DNA of 59,099 bases from Candidatus Nomurabacteria bacterium (lineage in GTDB: Bacteria; Patescibacteriota; Minisyncoccia; Phycocordibacterales; UBA9973): the NCBI GenBank assembly GCA_943348755.1, contig CALQYS010000004.1, forward strand, positions 1 through 59,099, given 5' to 3'. The translations under genes were made by a program, and so were the position numbers. The number at the start of each line of letters is the position of its first letter. The first letter of the stretch is position 1. The notes under the pieces were generated by a model, which worked only from the letters and a program-made list of their open reading frames with translations, ran no database searches and was not told the DNA's origin. Below are positions 54,892-59,099 of the stretch, one piece after another.

Positions 54892-55335
54892 TCATACTAT
54901 TTCTCCGGTATCAGTTTTAACTCGTATTACCGAATCATCATATAAAAGTCTCATTCTGAAATCTTTGACGCTTACCACATCTATCTTTCTGCCGATATTT
55001 TTTTCACACCATTTATGAATAAAGTGTCGAGCGACTACTGCATCGTAAATAGAATGGATTGTCCCATTTGTGGAAACGCGTGCGGTAAATATCTTCACTT
55101 CTTTTCCTTCCTCAATATATTTTCGCAAAAGCGCGATCATTGATGGGATAGGGGAGCCGATTTCTTTCGGATTAAATATGCCGTTGTAATTCATCGCCAA
55201 TGTTCCATCTAGATCGAACCCAATCCAGCCCTTTTTCTGTTTTTTTAAAAAGCTGTGAAATCCAAAATAATATCTAAAAAGCTCTGTGAGTGTGAAGGTA
55301 ATTATGGAGATCAAGATTATATTCAGTGCATTCAT
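54892..55335 (-). CDS. Minimal HAD-fold hydrolase with N-terminal TM helix
   Basis: WIGFDLDGTLA, IFTAR, KDF..LYDD. Confidence 0.75.
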   Translation of the reverse strand: MNALNIILISIITFTLTELFRYYFGFHSFLKKQKKGWIGFDLDGTLAMNYNGIFNPKEIGSPIPSMIALLRKYIEEGKEVKIFTARVSTNGTIHSIYDAVVARHFIHKWCEKNIGRKIDVVSVKDFRMRLLYDDSVIRVKTDTGEIV

Positions 55336-55367
55336 TGGTTGGTGTATTATTGGAAAATAAGAGTAAA

Positions 55368-55688
55368 TTAAATACTAATCAATACCAAAGCTATGACAGC
55401 CAAGACTAGTCCAATTCCGTTAGTAAGAGACAAAGGTTCTTTAAATATTACAAACCCCAAAAATGAACATCCTGCCACAGTAAAGATGGCATAAAAAGTA
55501 ATAGCCGTGGCTGATTCGATACCTTTTTTCATGGTATACATCCAAACAATTGTCGCTATATTTAATAAAATTATTCCAATTATTGCTGACCATATTGGGT
55601 GGTTTACCCTTTTTGCCCACCAGACAAAAAGCATATCTGCGACAACTGCGACTGCACAGGAAGAAATTAGAAGAAATTTATTCATCAA
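55368..55688 (-). CDS. SMR/DMT-family small four-TM transporter
   Basis: Four hydrophobic helices; FKEPLSLTNGIGLVL. Confidence 0.75.
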   Translation of the reverse strand: MMNKFLLISSCAVAVVADMLFVWWAKRVNHPIWSAIIGIILLNIATIVWMYTMKKGIESATAITFYAIFTVAGCSFLGFVIFKEPLSLTNGIGLVLAVIALVLISI

Positions 55689-55704
55689 ACAATTATATCA
55701 AATT

Positions 55705-56006
55705 AAATTGCGGTATTCATTGTACAAAATTCGAACTTATTTTGAAAGCAATCCTGATGATACCGACTACTAGCGTTCCCCGCGCGCTACGCGCCTCTGT
55801 GCAAAGCACAGAGCTTTCCCAAAGGGAAAGTGCGGGAAACGCTAAATGCAAATGCGGACTCGGTTTTGCGAAGCAATTTTGCGGGAGGAGGATCCGCAAA
55901 ACCGAGACTAAAGTTTTTGAAATTCGGCGGGATTTGGGCTTCCGCCCCGCATTCCTCCCGCACCCTCCTGCGGGGCGAGGCTTTGCTTTTTTGGCGGGCG
56001 CGGGCT
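55705..56006 (+). repeat. Left copy of a ~300-bp GC-rich inverted repeat
   Basis: Near-identical to the reverse complement of 58491-58793. Confidence 0.92.
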
Positions 56007-56029
56007 TAAAAAGAAAAACTTATCTGAGT

Positions 56030-56605
56030 TTATTCAAGTACTTTTAGATTGTTCGAAAATGAATTAAACTCATTTAGCATTTCATCGAAAAGCTTTTTCT
56101 TTTTTACAAAACTCATTTTTTGTCTTTTGTTAAAAAGAGAATCGTCAGCTCCAAAATCTATTCGTGCAACACCATCCTCAAATTGAGTAAGTTGTAGTAT
56201 TGGATTTTTTCTTTTCTTATTAAATTTAGAAATTAAGGAGTGAATATATCTAACTTTCTTCTGATTATTTTCTCTCCATTTTTTATACTCTCGTGTTTCA
56301 CCGTTTTTTACAGAAGAAAAAATATAATCAATATATTCACGATTATCCATTTCTTTGATTTTCTTTTTACCAATTTTAGTCAGGTATGATTTAAGGAATT
56401 TATTTTCATTCAAAAATCTTAATTTTGGCTTTTTTGATAATTCAAAAACTATACAGGGCTCAATCAAACTTTCTTTATCAAGAATTCCGTCTGATATTTG
56501 TATAGTTAAACCGAAATCTTCTAAAAATAGACCAGCTGTTAAAAGACCAATATTTTTGACCTTAAATTTTCTCTCTAATTGTTTGATTTTTGAATTTATT
56601 TTCAT
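56030..56605 (-). CDS. Hypothetical protein (low GC, Lys-rich)
   Basis: 191-aa ORF inside the inverted-repeat-flanked cassette. Confidence 0.7.
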   Translation of the reverse strand: MKINSKIKQLERKFKVKNIGLLTAGLFLEDFGLTIQISDGILDKESLIEPCIVFELSKKPKLRFLNENKFLKSYLTKIGKKKIKEMDNREYIDYIFSSVKNGETREYKKWRENNQKKVRYIHSLISKFNKKRKNPILQLTQFEDGVARIDFGADDSLFNKRQKMSFVKKKKLFDEMLNEFNSFSNNLKVLE

Positions 56606-56654
56606 AATTATTAATTACTTTTCTTGATTTTTAAAATATAAAGATATTCACAAA

Positions 56655-58448
56655 TTATTCTGGCAATTTAACAATGCCATCTGTAGAAATAGTGGAGTAT
56701 GCTAAGGTTTTTTCAATACTCACCCCTTCATTTTTATAGACACTTCTATCAATAGAAATTATTGGAAGATCAGCAAACCCTTTAATGGCAGCATTTTCAT
56801 CACTATGTCCGTGTGTGATAATATTAATTCCTGAATCTTTTAAAAACTTTTTTAGATTATCTTTTTCTTCACTAGAAATAGAATTCGATTCAGAGAAATT
56901 TTCTCTCGAATACGAGGATGTAGAAATAAACTCATCTCGCAAAACATTAAAATAATTTTTTTCTTGATCAGTTAATTTATTTTCAGGATTATCATTTTCT
57001 AAGTATATACGTAAGACTTTTTGATAAAACGCATTTATCTTACCCACACCTTCTTTTATTGAAGAATCTTTAGAAAAATCTTTGATAATTCCCACCATTC
57101 GTGGAGTTAGATTTGTATGTGTATATAAACTATCATCATGAAGCGTAATTAATTTTTGATTAACAAAAGCATCTTTAAACAAAGCATGTTCTTGTTTATT
57201 GTTTATACTTTCCTTAATTACACTTCTATTTGCAATAATAGTACTCCCAATTTGGTTTTGATATTTTTTATCAAGAGTATCTATAAAAGTAAACAGGATT
57301 TTTTGCGCTTCTTCATAGTTGTTATTTTCAAGTAAAGTGCAAAATTTTTCTAAACCAATTTGCTTATCCAGCATATCTTGATAACCTCCTTCGTATGCTT
57401 CTATTACATTTGGAGGATAATCAGGGTTGTTTCTAATTCTATCTAAAGTAGCCTTCTTTTTTTGAACATTCTTTTGAAAATCTAACCCAAAGACTTCATC
57501 TTTATTTTTTTTAATGTTTTCGTATAACTCTCTTATACTTTCAAATGGTAAGAATTTTAGAAGCTCAAGATTTCCTGTATATCCAGACAATCTATACGCC
57601 ATGTCTTCTTCTACTGATTTACCTTGTTCTGTACTAAAACCACAAAGCACAGCATTGAACATATTTTCATGATTCCCTGAAATCCACTCTATGTTACCAC
57701 CTTGTATTTTTGCTTGGTTCTTTAATTCTTGAAGTTTTCCATACACGTCCATTCCTTCCGGTGATCGATCTCCTAAAATGTCTCCAATAAAAACAACACT
57801 TTCATTACCTCCCCTCCAAACAATATTTCCATTTTGGTCATTTGAAATAAGATTTTTATATTTTAGGTGCTCTATAAAACTTTTATAAGAACCATTCAGG
57901 TCTCCAATTGCAGTAATATTTGTAGATCGCTCCATAGTTGGTAATGTAATTTCTTTTTCTTTAATACTTTCGGCAGATGAAAAAATCTCGGGACGTTCTG
58001 GGGTTTCTATACTTTCTTCAGTTTTTGCGACCTTACTTTTAACATGTTCTTGTGCGTATGCTAGTCCGCGTGCTTTCCATGCTTTGAGCCTCTCATGTTC
58101 TTTTTCATTAACAGGAATTGCAAAGGTCCACATCTCTTCAAGAAGTTCGGGCTCATTTATTAGTGATGACCACTTTGAAGGAATCATCGGCATATCAGAA
58201 AGGTCAACAGGTTTCTCATTTTTAGGCAAACCTAAATTTCCACGGATTTCTTTAATCTTCTTTTCGTCTTCTACTTTTCTTTTTTCTCCGACTTGTTCTG
58301 CCAGTCTTTTCTCAACACTAGATTTGAATGATTCTGGCAAATCTTGGAAAATGGAATCTTTAGATTCTCCGCTTTTTATACGATTTACATATTCTTCAAT
58401 TTTTTGCTCTCCGCCAGTGAGAGGTTTGTTGTTATCTAAAGATTCCAT
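56655..58448 (-). CDS. Calcineurin-like metallophosphoesterase with helical insertions
   Basis: GDLNG, GDILGDR, GNHE, HT, HGH, IDRS; start reassigned to ATG 58448 because upstream codons lie in the repeat. Confidence 0.82.
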   Translation of the reverse strand: MESLDNNKPLTGGEQKIEEYVNRIKSGESKDSIFQDLPESFKSSVEKRLAEQVGEKRKVEDEKKIKEIRGNLGLPKNEKPVDLSDMPMIPSKWSSLINEPELLEEMWTFAIPVNEKEHERLKAWKARGLAYAQEHVKSKVAKTEESIETPERPEIFSSAESIKEKEITLPTMERSTNITAIGDLNGSYKSFIEHLKYKNLISNDQNGNIVWRGGNESVVFIGDILGDRSPEGMDVYGKLQELKNQAKIQGGNIEWISGNHENMFNAVLCGFSTEQGKSVEEDMAYRLSGYTGNLELLKFLPFESIRELYENIKKNKDEVFGLDFQKNVQKKKATLDRIRNNPDYPPNVIEAYEGGYQDMLDKQIGLEKFCTLLENNNYEEAQKILFTFIDTLDKKYQNQIGSTIIANRSVIKESINNKQEHALFKDAFVNQKLITLHDDSLYTHTNLTPRMVGIIKDFSKDSSIKEGVGKINAFYQKVLRIYLENDNPENKLTDQEKNYFNVLRDEFISTSSYSRENFSESNSISSEEKDNLKKFLKDSGINIITHGHSDENAAIKGFADLPIISIDRSVYKNEGVSIEKTLAYSTISTDGIVKLPE

Positions 58449-58490
58449 AAAGTATTTATACTTTATCATTTTTAGAGTATTTTTTCCAGT

Positions 58491-58793
58491 AGCCCGCGCC
58501 CGCCAAAAAAGCAAAGCCTCGCCCCGCATTCCTCCCGCACCCTCCTGCGGGGCGGAAGCCCAAATCCCGCCGAATTTCAAAAACATTAGTCTCGGTTTTG
58601 CGAATCCTCTCTCCCGCAAAACTGTTTCGCAAAACCGAGTCCGCATTTGCATTTAGCGTTTCCCGCACTTTCCCTTTGGGAAAGCTCTGTGCTTTGCACA
58701 GAGGCGCGTAGCGCGCGGGGAACGCTAGTAGTCGGTATCATCAGGATTGCTTTCAAAATAAGTTCGAATTTTGTACAATGAATACCGCAATTT
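58491..58793 (-). repeat. Right copy of the ~300-bp GC-rich inverted repeat
   Basis: Reverse complement of 55705-56006 with a few substitutions and one inverted loop. Confidence 0.92.
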
Positions 58794-58916
58794 TTCGAAA
58801 ATGGTTTCCGAACCAAAAATATGGTCGGCGCGAAGCGCCGTCTGTTCCGAATTCCCCCCGCCGAATCCAGAATCCAAAAGGGTTTTCCACGCTCCGCGTG
58901 GCTCTTCGTTTGCCAA
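58725..58916 (-). pseudogene. Possible C-terminal remnant of a large serine recombinase
   Basis: EPRGAWKTL...LYKIRTYFESNPD resembles, from recollection only, tails of CPR recombinase-family proteins. Confidence 0.35.
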
Positions 58917-58990
58917 TGCAAATCAAAAAATGGTAATATTGAAGTGCACCAACATCATATAGACCCACAGAGCTATTTTTATTTTTGAGT

Positions 58991-59060
58991 ACCAAAATGG
59001 CTAACTGTGTTCAATGTCGCTCTTGGGTGATGTTGGTGCAACATGGTTAGCCATTTTGGT
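58991..59060. promoter_or_regulatory. Long hairpin upstream of the terminal ORF
   Basis: ACCAAAATGGCTAAC / GTTAGCCATTTTGGT perfect 15-bp arms. Confidence 0.7.
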
Positions 59061-59070
59061 TTTTAAACTT

Positions 59071-59099
59071 ATGAATCACACCAGAAAATTTTTCATATA
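59071..59099 (+). CDS. 5' fragment of a gene cut by the window edge, possibly a serine recombinase
   Basis: MNHTRKFFI(Y) fits the lead-in to the Y-x-R-x-S resolvase motif; only 9 full codons are visible. Confidence 0.35.

Noticed and set aside
55550..56047. ORFs spanning the 300-bp repeats (55550-56047, 58456-58668, 58586-58921) and the first 68 codons of 56655-58652
   Set aside because: They arise from stop-poor GC-rich palindromic DNA, and the frames differ between the two copies
1..59099. CRISPR array, rRNA, or prophage structural genes
   Set aside because: No regularly spaced repeat-spacer units, rRNA-like sequence or phage hallmark proteins were seen

Overview
A low-GC bacterial chromosome segment that spans the replication origin (jag-yidC-yidD-rnpA-rpmH / dnaA-dnaN). 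Gene content (PrgI/VirB4/pilin block, split ruvC-ruvB...ruvA, compact UvrC, many apparently leaderless genes) suggests Patescibacteria/CPR, Parcubacteria-like; this placement is inference. Housekeeping content includes PBP, tyrS, polA, uvrBAC, fpg, zwf-gnd, two tRNAs and a complete DapL-type lysine operon. Main discoveries: (1) a complete diversity-generating retroelement at 41.4-44.2 kb, with VR 42167-42279 and TR 42657-42769 differing at 20 positions, all TR adenines; its avd is antisense, overlaps the RT start and carries a C9 tract that may act as a frame switch. (2) tyrS preceded by an unannotated leader peptide with four consecutive Tyr codons and terminator/antiterminator hairpins, while the TyrRS itself has an ACT-like domain inserted into its catalytic domain. 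(3) Palindromic DNA elements inserted in-frame in polA, uvrB, dapF, ruvB and the RT. (4) A low-GC two-gene cassette bracketed by ~300-bp inverted repeats next to possible serine-recombinase fragments. (5) Several candidate structured RNAs and microproteins. All calls were made by eye from the sequence and ORF track; no database searches were run.
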